This document shows, one piece after another, positions 8,222-19,054 of a stretch of DNA of 28,522 bases. The notes under the pieces are model-generated. The model was not told the DNA's origin and did no database searches. It saw only the letters and a program-made list of their open reading frames with translations. The translations under genes and the position numbers were made by a program. The DNA is from a virus. Taxonomy: Duplodnaviria > Heunggongvirae > Uroviricota > Caudoviricetes. The stretch lies in the IMG/VR virus record IMGVR_UViG_2529292923_000024; one strand, given 5' to 3'. Numbering within the stretch: the first letter of the stretch is position 1; each line of letters opens with the position of its first letter.

Positions 8222-9381
8222 ACAGTTTAACGGCAAATAACCGTTTGTCGCAACAGCTGGTGGTCAGCGTCGCTGAACACCTGTTGTTACGGCATGAATG
8301 CAGATTACCAAATCACCTGGCTGTAAGTAACCACAGAGAACTTTACCTGACTGTGGGGGGCGAGTTGTGCAGGAACTTAACCGCTGGTTTCGTGACGGAA
8401 GAGGGCTTTATGTCCATGTTATTCGTTGGGAGCCAGAAACACAGCGCGTTATCTATCTTCGCAAAGACTACCCGCATGAGTGCTTTAGTCCTTTGTGGAA
8501 ATTCAGGCGTGATTTTGTTGAGTGTGAAGGACCACCAGCACATTGATTCTGCCATTCCGGGACGTTACACTGTTCAGGCACCTTATAAAGCGGGTGCCGG
8601 GATTGGCGTCCTGAAATTGATTACTGAGCATAACCGCGCTCATGCGGTTTTTTCGTGTCATGAGCATTGCTACGCCCAAATTATGGTGGGGCGTACAGGG
8701 CCGACTTCGGTCGGGCCGGGTTCGGTAGTCTCCGGTAACGCCAACCCTGTACGTCTCACCACCTCTGTGATTGGCGTCCCATGTGGTGAGTTTTCTGAAA
8801 AACTGACTACCGGGGCTGTCACCATGACTACTCTCCCAACCCTCTCTCAACCTGAAATTGCCATCGTTGATGGTCAGGCTGTTACATCTTCTTTGGCTGT
8901 TGCTGACTTCTTCTCTAAACGTCATGACGATGTTCTGAAAAAGATCCGCATTTTGGATTGTTCTCCAGAGTTTTGTGCCCGCAATTTTGCGGAGACATCA
9001 ATTTTGGTACACCAGCCCAACGGCGGTACTCGCAAACTTCCTTGCTACCACATCACCCGCGACGGCTTCGCGTTCCTGGCAATGGGCTTCACTGGCAAAC
9101 GTGCTGCCCAGTTCAAAGAGGCATACATCAATGCCTTTAACCAGATGGAGAAACAGCTTTCAAAGCCCTCTGTACCGAGCGACGTTGCACATAACGCCAG
9201 CGTTCTCTATTCCTACATTTCATCAATTCATCAGGTCTGGTTGCAGCAGCTTTATCCCATGCTGGAAAAAGCTGAATCACCGCTGGCTGTAAGTCTGTAT
9301 GACCGAATTAACGATGCGGCATTTCTTGCCCGTCTTATTCATTCGTCGCTGAACTCTTCAGAGGTAAGGGGGCGCAAATGA
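8218..9381 (+). CDS. Rha-domain phage regulatory protein with an unusual ~200-aa N-terminal extension
   Basis: The Rha-type segment (TLPTLSQPEIAIVDGQAVTSSLAVADFFSKRHDDVLKKI ... HITRDGFAFLAMGFTGKRAAQFKEAYINAF) occupies residues ~203-300 of a 387-aa ORF; the upstream 202 codons are open in the same frame. Confidence 0.55.
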   Translation: MNSLTANNRLSQQLVVSVAEHLLLRHECRLPNHLAVSNHRELYLTVGGELCRNLTAGFVTEEGFMSMLFVGSQKHSALSIFAKTTRMSALVLCGNSGVILLSVKDHQHIDSAIPGRYTVQAPYKAGAGIGVLKLITEHNRAHAVFSCHEHCYAQIMVGRTGPTSVGPGSVVSGNANPVRLTTSVIGVPCGEFSEKLTTGAVTMTTLPTLSQPEIAIVDGQAVTSSLAVADFFSKRHDDVLKKIRILDCSPEFCARNFAETSILVHQPNGGTRKLPCYHITRDGFAFLAMGFTGKRAAQFKEAYINAFNQMEKQLSKPSVPSDVAHNASVLYSYISSIHQVWLQQLYPMLEKAESPLAVSLYDRINDAAFLARLIHSSLNSSEVRGRK

Positions 9382-9602
9382 TCCGGAATATTTTCAAACG
9401 ATTTACCAATCAGACTTTCCGTTGTCCTCGCCCCGGTCAGTGGTACACCACGCCTGCAGGGCATGTTCTACGTGTTAGCCTGGTTGACCGTGAATGTCAG
9501 AAGGTGATTTGTGAACCGCTGGGCCGTAATTACCGCGTCAGTATGCCGCTTATAGCCTTTCGCTCCGGAAAAAACATGAAGCATCTCGGAGGTGCGGCAT
9601 GA
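9378..9602 (+). CDS. hypothetical small protein (74 aa)
   Basis: ATGA start/stop overlaps with both neighbouring genes (translational coupling within the early-right operon). Confidence 0.45.
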   Translation: MIRNIFKRFTNQTFRCPRPGQWYTTPAGHVLRVSLVDRECQKVICEPLGRNYRVSMPLIAFRSGKNMKHLGGAA

Positions 9603-10591
9603 GCCTGTTAATGACATCCCAGCCCATTGTGATAAATCGTGATCTTGCATGCCGTATTGGTCTGAATGAGGCAATTGTGTTGCAGCAGCTTCATTACTGG
9701 CTGAATGAAACGAATTCAGGCACTGAGCATGGCGGAATTCGCTGGGTTTATAACACGACAGAACAGTGGCTGGAGCAGTTTCCGTTCTGGTCAGAGTCCA
9801 CTCTGAAACGCACATTTGCAAGCCTGAAATCACTTGGGGTTTTGCGTCGCGAGCAACTCAATAAATCGAAGCGTGACATGACCAACTTCTACACGATCAA
9901 CTATGAAAGTGAGCTTTTAGAAGAGGTCAAAGTGAACGAATCAATCAGGTCAAAATGCACTTCTCCATCGGGTCAAAGTGACCTGATGGATGGGCGCAAA
10001 ATGACACGATCCATTGGTTCAAAACGACACGCTGTCATCGGGTCAAAATGGCCCAATGATCTTACAGAGAATACAACAGAGATTACTACAGAGAATAAAA
10101 CCTCTTCTCGTCCGGACGCTTCGCAACCGGACACGCAAACGGCTGAACAGGAGTTTTTAACTCGCCATCCTGATGCGGTTGTATTCAGCCCTAAAAAGCG
10201 CCAGTGGGGAACGCAGGATGATTTGACCTGCGCACAGTGGCTCTGGAAAAAAATCATCGCCCTGTACGAGCAGGCCGCCGAATGTGACGGCGAGGTGGTT
10301 CGTCCCAAAGAACCGAACTGGACAGCCTGGGCAAACGAAATTCGCCTGATGTGTGTGCAGGATGGTCGTACCCACAAACAAATCTGCGAGATGTACAGCC
10401 GCGTCAGCCGCGATCCGTTCTGGTGCCGTAACGTGCTCAGCCCGTCGAAGTTGCGGGAAAAATGGGATGAGCTTTCCCTGCGCTTATCGCCGTCCGTCAG
10501 CACGCACACAGAAAAACGTGAAGACCCGTACTTCAAAGCCAGTTACGACAACGTGGACTACAGCCAGATCCCGGCAGGATTCAGGGGGTGA
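9599..10591 (+). CDS. replication initiator (lambda O-like organisation: N-terminal DNA-binding domain, iteron-encoded linker, C-terminal domain)
   Basis: 330 aa; iterons and an A/T-rich tract lie inside the gene as in lambda O; the linker peptide repeats (SGQSD, SIGSK, VIGSK) mirror the DNA repeats. Confidence 0.55.
   Translation: MSLLMTSQPIVINRDLACRIGLNEAIVLQQLHYWLNETNSGTEHGGIRWVYNTTEQWLEQFPFWSESTLKRTFASLKSLGVLRREQLNKSKRDMTNFYTINYESELLEEVKVNESIRSKCTSPSGQSDLMDGRKMTRSIGSKRHAVIGSKWPNDLTENTTEITTENKTSSRPDASQPDTQTAEQEFLTRHPDAVVFSPKKRQWGTQDDLTCAQWLWKKIIALYEQAAECDGEVVRPKEPNWTAWANEIRLMCVQDGRTHKQICEMYSRVSRDPFWCRNVLSPSKLREKWDELSLRLSPSVSTHTEKREDPYFKASYDNVDYSQIPAGFRG
9925..10103 (+). repeat. putative ori: six iterons (consensus GGTCAAARTG) followed by an A/T-rich tract
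   Basis: Copies at 9925, 9948, 9971, 9994 (GCGCAAAATG), 10016 (GGTTCAAAAC) and 10041, mostly 23 bp apart, then A-rich 10061-10103 (CTTACAGAGAATACAACAGAGATTACTACAGAGAATAAAACC). Confidence 0.6.
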
Positions 10592-11082
10592 TCATGAGTC
10601 TGTTAAATGACGTTCAGAAATTCATTGAAGCCCATCCGGGCTGTACTTCCGGAGACATTGCGGATGCTTTTGCAGGTTACTCACGGCAGCGCGTTCTGCA
10701 GTCAGCAAGCAAGTTACGTCAGAGTGGGCGTGTGGCTCACCGTTGTGAAGGAGATACACACAGACATTTCCCGCGCCTGACTGAGAGAGCGCAGGATCCG
10801 GAACTACAACCAGTTCGTGAAACCAGACCTGTGCGCAATTTCTATGTCGGCACTAACGACCCGCGGGTGATTTTGTGCCTGACCCGCCAGGCGGAAGAAC
10901 TGGAGTCCAGGGGCTTATACCGTCGTGCTGCAACGGTGTGGATGGCGGCATTCCGTGAAAGCCACTCCCAGCCAGAACGAAACAATTTTCTGGCGCGTCG
11001 TGAACGGTGTTTACGGAAAAGCAGTAAGCGGGCTGCATCAGGTGAAGAGTGGTATCTCTCAGGGAATTACGTGGGGGCTTAA
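10588..11082 (+). CDS. PerC-family-like transcriptional regulator (tentative)
   Basis: 164 aa; the C-terminal segment LESRGLYRRAATVWMAAFRESHSQPERNNFLARRERC resembles the PerC/Pch regulator motif as recalled. Confidence 0.4.
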   Translation: MIMSLLNDVQKFIEAHPGCTSGDIADAFAGYSRQRVLQSASKLRQSGRVAHRCEGDTHRHFPRLTERAQDPELQPVRETRPVRNFYVGTNDPRVILCLTRQAEELESRGLYRRAATVWMAAFRESHSQPERNNFLARRERCLRKSSKRAASGEEWYLSGNYVGA

Positions 11083-11233
11083 TGAGTAATAAATATTGCC
11101 AGGCGCTGGCGGAACTGCGGAACAAACCAGCCCATGAACTGAAGGAAGTGGGCGATCAGTGGCGCACGCCGGACAACATTTTCTGGGGAATTAACACCCT
11201 GTTTGGCCCGTTTGTTCTGGATCTGTTCACTGA

Positions 11234-13255
<2,022 letters not shown>

Positions 13256-13689
13256 TCAGAACGCCTTGCGGAGCTTAAAGGTGCTGCCTTTGGTAATCCC
13301 CCATACAGCCGCGCCAGTCAGCATGAGGGGCAATACATCACCGGCATGCGTTACATCATGAAGCATGCCAGTGCCATGCGTGATAAAGGCGGGCGCTATG
13401 TTTTCCTGATCAAAGCTGCCACCAGCGAAGTGTGGTGGCCGGAAGATGCAGATCATATTGCTTTTATTCGCGGGCGTATTGGTTTTGAACTGCCTGCCTG
13501 GTTTATCCCGAAGGATGAGAAGCAGGTGCCGACAGGCGCTTTCTTCGCTGGTGCTATTGCTGTTTTCGACAAGACCTGGAAGGGACCGGCAATCAGCTAC
13601 ATCGGGCGCGATGAACTTGAGGCATGTGGTGAGGCCTTTCTGGCGCAGGTTCGCCAGCAGGCAGAAAAACTGGTCAGGGAGATGGTGGC

Positions 13690-14016
13690 ATGACGACGTT
13701 AACTCAATGCCAGCAGCAGGTGCTGGATATGCTGATTTCTTATCAGAAAGAACGTGGCTTCCCGCCAACCAATCAGGAGGTGGCAACCATGCTGGGATAC
13801 CGTTCAGTGAATGCAGCGGTGGAGCATCTTCGCGCACTGGAGAAAAAAGGCGTCATCACGATAAAGCGTGGCGTGGCCCGGGGCATCACGCTTCATACCG
13901 CGGTGAAGGACGACGACAGCGAGGCGGTCGGGATTATCCGCTCACTGCTTGCCGGTGAGGAAAACGCCAGGCTGCGTGCAACCCACTGGTTACATAAGAG
14001 GGGCCTGAAAGTATGA
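13690..14016 (+). CDS. LexA DNA-binding-domain-only protein (no peptidase domain)
   Basis: 108 aa; strong similarity in pattern to the LexA N-terminal winged-helix domain (QQQVLDMLISYQKERGFPPTNQEVATMLGYRSVNAAVEHLRALEKKGVI); no S24 domain follows; ATGA overlaps with both neighbours. Confidence 0.6.
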   Translation: MTTLTQCQQQVLDMLISYQKERGFPPTNQEVATMLGYRSVNAAVEHLRALEKKGVITIKRGVARGITLHTAVKDDDSEAVGIIRSLLAGEENARLRATHWLHKRGLKV

Positions 14017-14402
14017 AGCTGATCCTGCCTTTCCCGCCCAGCGTGAACACGTACTGGCGACACCCCAACAAAGGGGCGTTTGCAGGTAAGAGCCTGATAA
14101 GCGCGGCGGGGCGAAAATTTCAGAGCGCGGCGTGCGCAGCAATAGTTGAACAGTTACGTCGTCTGCCGAAACCAACGTCGGCACCTGCTTCAGTGGAGAT
14201 CGTGTTGTTTCCTCCGGATAACAGGATCCGCGATCTGGACAACTATAACAAGGCGCTGTTTGACGCCCTGACCCACGCGGGGGTGTGGGAAGACGACAGT
14301 CAGGTGAAAAGAATGCTGGTGGAGTGGGGACCGGTTATCCCGGAAGGGAAGGTCGAGATCACTATCAGTAAGTACGAGAAAACGGCGGGTGCAGCTGCCT
14401 GA
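14013..14402 (+). CDS. rusA: RusA-like Holliday junction resolvase
   Basis: 129 aa; RusA signature (LPFPPSVNTYW ... RDLDNYNKALFDALTHAGVWEDDSQV). Confidence 0.8.
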   Translation: MKLILPFPPSVNTYWRHPNKGAFAGKSLISAAGRKFQSAACAAIVEQLRRLPKPTSAPASVEIVLFPPDNRIRDLDNYNKALFDALTHAGVWEDDSQVKRMLVEWGPVIPEGKVEITISKYEKTAGAAA

Positions 14403-14421
14403 TTAAGAGGAGAAACGAAGT

Positions 14422-15231
14422 ATGAATAATCTGATGGTCATTGATGGTATTGAAGTTCGTCGTGATGCTTATGGGCGTTACAGCCTGAACGATCTGCATC
14501 GCGCAGCAGTAGCATCTGGTGCAAATGCCAGAACCAAGGAGCCAGGAAAGTTTCTTTCCAGCCAACAAACTGTTGAGCTTGTTCATGAATTAACCAACAC
14601 CCAGAATTTGGGTGTTGACCCGGTGAGTGTGATTCATGGGGGAAATGAACGGGGAACGTATGTCTGTAAGGAACTGGTGTATGCCTATGCAATGTGGATC
14701 AGCCCGTCATTCCATCTGAAGGTGATCCGTACTTTCGATATGGTAACCAGCGCGCCGGAAAAGTTATCCGGACAGGCTGCTGACAAGATGCAGGCTGGCG
14801 TGATCCTGCTGGACTTTATGCGCCGGGAGTTAAATCTGTCTAACTCTTCAGTGCTTGGTGCCTGTCAGAAACTCCAGGAGGCTGTTGGCTTACCGAATCT
14901 GGCACCGCGCTATGCCATTGATGCTCCTGCTGACGCGCCTGATGGCTCAAGCCGCCCGACACTGTCACTGAGTGCACTGCTGAAGCAGTATGGTATCCGC
15001 CTGACAGCTAATCAGGCATATCACCAGATGGCGAAGCTGGGGATCGTTGAACAACGTGAACGATACAGCCGTACCGCGATTAACAACATCAAAAAATTCT
15101 GGTCGCTGACGGCGAAAGGCTGCATGTTCGGCAAGAACATCACCAGTCCCGCAAATCCGCGCGAGACGCAGCCGCATTTCTTCGAATCCCGATTCCCTGA
15201 GCTGTTAAAGCTACTCGATACCGTTCATTGA
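14422..15231 (+). CDS. KilA-N domain protein (antirepressor-like)
   Basis: 269 aa; N-terminal KilA-N-type segment (LMVIDGIEVRRDAYGRYSLNDLHRAA); good RBS. Confidence 0.6.
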   Translation: MNNLMVIDGIEVRRDAYGRYSLNDLHRAAVASGANARTKEPGKFLSSQQTVELVHELTNTQNLGVDPVSVIHGGNERGTYVCKELVYAYAMWISPSFHLKVIRTFDMVTSAPEKLSGQAADKMQAGVILLDFMRRELNLSNSSVLGACQKLQEAVGLPNLAPRYAIDAPADAPDGSSRPTLSLSALLKQYGIRLTANQAYHQMAKLGIVEQRERYSRTAINNIKKFWSLTAKGCMFGKNITSPANPRETQPHFFESRFPELLKLLDTVH

Positions 15232-15326
15232 GGTGACCGTGAGAGCACTACTGACCCCTGAAATTGCCCCGCGTATGGGGATCGTATTGTTCAGGCCAGG
15301 TTCAGAGCTGATGCCCCTGTTTATGC

Positions 15327-16876
15327 CTGTCTCTTATACACAAATCCCCACCCGGGGATTTGTGATGTCTGTCAGTCTGCTTTAGGGGGACTCTTTCCAT
15401 CCGGTAGTTTCCTTCCTCCCCGGCAGCGATTTTTTGAACTTTTTCCTCACCCGTTGATCTTCTCTTATATTTCATTTTCTTCGGGTCTGTTATGGTACTT
15501 TCTGATTGTTATTCATGGGCTAACGAGCAGTTTTGACATGCCCGTCTCGGTGATCCGCGTCGTACACGACGCCTTGTGTCACTGGCCTCTTCTCTCGCTC
15601 AGCATGCAGGTCTTTCTATTGTGAAATCATCCCAGTCCACTGCTCAGGTTGAAGGTGCGTACCGCCTGATACGTAACCCGTCTGTGTCCCCGCAAGCCAT
15701 TGCCGAAGCCGGATTTACCGCCACTGTAAGGGCATGTGAGGCTCATCCGCTGCTCCTCGCGCTGGAAGACACCACCACCATTAACTTCAGTCACAGTACG
15801 GCATCTGATGACCTGGGGAATACCACCACTAACCCGAAGACGCGCGGGCTGCTGGCTCACTCTGTCCTGATGTACGCCCCCGACAGCGCCCTGCCAGTCG
15901 GTCTTATCGAACAGCAGCGCTGGAGTCGTGCCACGGACACCTACGGTGTTAAGCACCAGCGAAAAGAACGTCCCTATGAAGAAAAAGAAAGTTACCGCTG
16001 GCAGCAGGCTTCGGAGCGCATGGCCGAACGGCTGGGGGAGATACAGAAACGGGTAATCACTGTCTGTGACCGGGAAGCGGATATCTGGCATTACCTGCAT
16101 TATAAAGTCAGCCACGGGCAGCGCTTCGTGGTGCGTGCAGCACAGAATCGCCGGCTGGAAGAAGCACCCGGCAAGCTCTTCGAACTGCCGGAAGTCCTGG
16201 CAACCGCGGGAAGCCACACGCTGAATGTGATGCAAAAAGGCGGGCGGGCAGCCCGCCAGGCCCGGATGTTCATCAGTTACAGCGAAGTCAGCATAAAAAA
16301 TCCCGACAACAGCGGCCAGGCGCTCCCGCTCACGTATGTCTGTTGCCGGGAGCAGGCAGAGGACGGCGCCTGCTGGCATCTGCTGACGTCAGAAAAAGTG
16401 GCGAGTGCCGCCGATGCGCGACGTATCGTCAGCCATTACGAGCGACGCTGGCTGATAGAGGAATACCACAAGGCGTGGAAAAGTGGTGGTACATGTGTGG
16501 AATCGCTGCGAATGCAGACCCGGGATAACCTCGAGCGCATGGTGGTTATCAAGGCGTTTATCGCGGTGCGGGTGCTGGGCCTGCGGCAGGGCGGTATCAG
16601 TGAAGAAACACAAAATGACAGCTGTGAGAAAATACTGACGCCGACAGAGTGGAAACTGCTGTGGGTTAAGCTGGAAGGAAAACCGCTTCCGTCACAGATG
16701 CCGACACTGAAATGGGCCTGTCTGAAACTGGCGAAACTGGGGCGATGGCATGACAGCAAACGCACCGGTCGCCCCGGTTGGGTAGTCATGTGGGATGGCT
16801 GGTTCAGACTTCAGGATATGGTTGAGGGTTACCTGGTGATGAAGTCTCTTGATCAGGAGATCTGATCAAGAGACAG
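15327..16876 (+). mobile_element. IS4-family (IS50/Tn5-like) insertion sequence, 1550 bp, flanked by 8-bp direct repeat GTTTATGC
   Basis: Left end CTGTCTCTTATACACAAAT (Tn5 outside-end-like), right end AGATCTGATCAAGAGACAG (Tn5 inside-end-like); transposase stop lies within the right end as in IS50; direct repeats at 15319-15326 and 16877-16884. Confidence 0.85.
15492..16865 (+). pseudogene. IS50-like (Tn5 Tnp family) transposase with an in-frame TGA at codon 15
   Basis: ATG 15492, then 14 codons, then TGA 15534-15536, with the frame continuing into the 429-aa ORF (GTG 15576 to 16865); aligns with recalled Tn5 Tnp throughout (GDPRRT, EGAYRLIRNP, DREADI, YERRWLIEEYHKAWK, DSKRTG). Confidence 0.75.
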
Positions 16877-16880
16877 GTTT

Positions 16881-17786
16881 ATGCAGGGGCGTGTCCTGCT
16901 GGAGCCAGAGCCGGAACGTTATTCATCTTTCGCCAGTGGTGCCGTTCCGGCGGCATCACAACCGCTGGCGGATGATCCTGCCGTTCGGACCGTGTTCCGC
17001 AATGAGGCAGTGATCCGTCGTGCTGGTGGCGTGGAATGTCTTGAAAGCTGGTTACTTCGTGAAAAAGGTTGCCAGTGGCCTCATTCCGACTGGCACAGCG
17101 AGAACATGACCACAATGCGACACACGCCGGGCGCAATCCGTCTGTGCTGGCACTGCGATAACCAGCTGCGCGATCAGTTCACGGAACGGCTGGAATCAAT
17201 GGCAACGGATAACTGTACCCGCTGGGTGTTGTCTGTTGTGCGTCGGGATCTCGGTTTTGATGACAGTCACGTTGTGACAATGCCGGAACTGTGCTGGTGG
17301 CTGATTCGTAATGACCTGGCGGATGCCTTACCGGAAAGTGCAGCCCGTAAGGCACTGAGATTACCGAAGCCTGTTGTGCCGTCTGTCACCCGGGAAAGTG
17401 ACCTTGTGCCTTCGGTTCCTGCCACCAGCATCATCCAGGATAAAGCGAAAAAGGTGCTGGCGCTGAAAGTGGATCCGGAGTCGCCGGAGTCTTTTATGTT
17501 ACGCCCAAAACGTCGCCGCTGGGTTAATGAAAAGTACACGCGCTGGGTTAAGACACAGCCGTGTGCATGTTGTGGAAAGCCCGCTGATGATCCCCACCAC
17601 CTGATAGGCCACGGTCAGTGTGGAATGGGTACAAAAGCGCATGACCTTTTTGTGTTGCCTTTGTGCAGAAAGCATCACGACGAGCTGCATGCGGATACCG
17701 TGGCATTTGAAGAGAAGTATGGCTCTCAGCTGGAGCTGATATTTCGTTTTATCGATCGTGCGCTGGCAATTGGCGTACTGGCGTAA
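16881..17786 (+). CDS. DUF968-family protein with C-terminal HNH-like Cys/His motif; 5' end displaced by the IS50-like insertion
   Basis: 301-aa ORF beginning at the ATG inside the right direct-repeat copy; 29 in-frame codons with a GAGGTG RBS and GTG start lie at 15239-15325 left of the IS, so the native gene was about 329 codons. Confidence 0.6.
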   Translation: MQGRVLLEPEPERYSSFASGAVPAASQPLADDPAVRTVFRNEAVIRRAGGVECLESWLLREKGCQWPHSDWHSENMTTMRHTPGAIRLCWHCDNQLRDQFTERLESMATDNCTRWVLSVVRRDLGFDDSHVVTMPELCWWLIRNDLADALPESAARKALRLPKPVVPSVTRESDLVPSVPATSIIQDKAKKVLALKVDPESPESFMLRPKRRRWVNEKYTRWVKTQPCACCGKPADDPHHLIGHGQCGMGTKAHDLFVLPLCRKHHDELHADTVAFEEKYGSQLELIFRFIDRALAIGVLA

Positions 17787-17799
17787 GTGGAGAACGAGC

Positions 17800-18552
17800 A
17801 TGAACCTTGAAGCCTTACCGAAATATTACTCCCCGAAATCTCCAAAACTGAGCGATGACGCACCGGCGACAGGCTCTGGTGGTTTAACAATTACGGATGT
17901 GATGGCTGCGCAGGGGATGGTGCAGTCAAAAGCACCGCTTGGGTTTGCTTTATTCCTGGCAAAAGTTGGTGTTCAGGATCCTCAGTTTGCGATTGAAGGT
18001 CTGCTCAATTACGCGATGGCACTGGATAACCCGACATTGAATAAATTGAGTGAAGAAACCCGGCTACAGATCATTCCTTACCTTGTGAATTTTGCCTTTG
18101 CTGATTATTCCAGGTCTGCGGCAAGTAAGGCTCGCTGTGAGCATTGTGCTGGTACTGGATTTCATAATGTATTGCGCGAGGTGGTGAAACACTCCAGAAG
18201 CGGGGAATCTGTTATTAAGGAAGAGTGGGTGAAGGAACTATGTCAGCATTGTCATGGTAAGGGAGAAGTCAGCACAGCATGCAGAGGGTGCAAGGGTAAA
18301 GGTATTGTCCTGGATGAAAAAAGAACCCGGCTTCATGGCACGCCTGTTTATAAGGTTTGTGGGCGTTGCAATGGAAACCGGTTTAGCCGTTTACCAACCA
18401 CACTGGCGCGGCTTCATGTCCAGAAGCTGGTACCAGACCTGACGGATTATCAGTGGTACAAAGGATATGCAGATGTCATTGATAAACTGGTTACAAAGTG
18501 CTGGCAGGAAGAAGCATATGCAGAGATACAATTGAGAAAGGTGACAAGATAA
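17800..18552 (+). CDS. Q: late-gene antiterminator Q (Qin quuQ / phage 82 type)
   Basis: 250 aa from MNLEALPKYYSPKS; Cys clusters (CEHCAGTG, CQHCHGKG, CRGCKGKG, CGRCNGN); followed by a pR'-like promoter and terminator. Confidence 0.8.
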   Translation: MNLEALPKYYSPKSPKLSDDAPATGSGGLTITDVMAAQGMVQSKAPLGFALFLAKVGVQDPQFAIEGLLNYAMALDNPTLNKLSEETRLQIIPYLVNFAFADYSRSAASKARCEHCAGTGFHNVLREVVKHSRSGESVIKEEWVKELCQHCHGKGEVSTACRGCKGKGIVLDEKRTRLHGTPVYKVCGRCNGNRFSRLPTTLARLHVQKLVPDLTDYQWYKGYADVIDKLVTKCWQEEAYAEIQLRKVTR

Positions 18553-18583
18553 ATGGTTTTCGCCGAAGATGACGACATGATGC

Positions 18584-18612
18584 TTGCATTTTTCAAAAAA
18601 TATGGATAAGAT
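18584..18612 (+). promoter_or_regulatory. pR'-like late promoter
   Basis: TTGCAT (18584-18589), 17 nt, TAAGAT (18607-18612), directly downstream of Q. Confidence 0.5.
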
Positions 18613-18657
18613 TTTCCCAACGATGGGCTTTGTATGTCTACCGTTGATAAGATTTAA

Positions 18658-18684
18658 GAACCCGCCGATGCGCGGGTTTTTTTG
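18658..18684 (+). terminator. tR'-like rho-independent terminator
   Basis: CCCGC-CGATGC-GCGGG hairpin followed by T7 (18677-18683), about 70 nt downstream of the putative pR' start. Confidence 0.7.
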
Positions 18685-18894
18685 TACCCAGAATCCTGTG
18701 AGCTATACGGAAAGTACACAGAAAGGAAGGTGCGACCACAATTAATAACAAAATCTTAAAAATTGCACATGGCACTATTAGTTTTCTAAATATTGTGTAT
18801 TTTTTGTATTGCAGGATGACCCTGTAACGAAGTTTGCGTAACAGCATTTTGCTCTACGAGTTTGCCAGCCTCCCCCAGTGGCTGGCTTTTTTAT

Positions 18895-19014
18895 GTCTGT
18901 AGCGTCAAAGCAGCAATGTCGCTGGGGCGTCGTGCAATTGGCGTTGAGCTGGAGACTGAACGTTTTGAGCAGACGGTCAGGGAAGTTCAGGATTTAGTCA
19001 GTCAGAACGGATGA
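18895..19014 (+). pseudogene. remnant of a DNA methyltransferase C-terminus
   Basis: In-frame translation ...KAAMSLGRRAIGVELETERFEQTVREVQDLVSQNG ends at TGA 19012-19014; there is no upstream catalytic region; this resembles the C-terminal tail of DNA methylases as recalled. Confidence 0.45.
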
Positions 19015-19054
19015 TATTGCAGAATTAGTTACGTACCGTTATTATCCTGCGCCC

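Noticed and set aside
9973-10536. 187-aa minus-strand ORF, and 85-aa plus-strand ORF at 10353-10610
   Set aside because: Overlap the replication-initiator gene, which is in a translationally coupled operon frame; compositionally implausible (Ser/Arg/Cys-rich).
15627-16379. 250-aa minus-strand ORF inside the IS50-like element
   Set aside because: Antisense to the well-conserved transposase frame; no independent signals.
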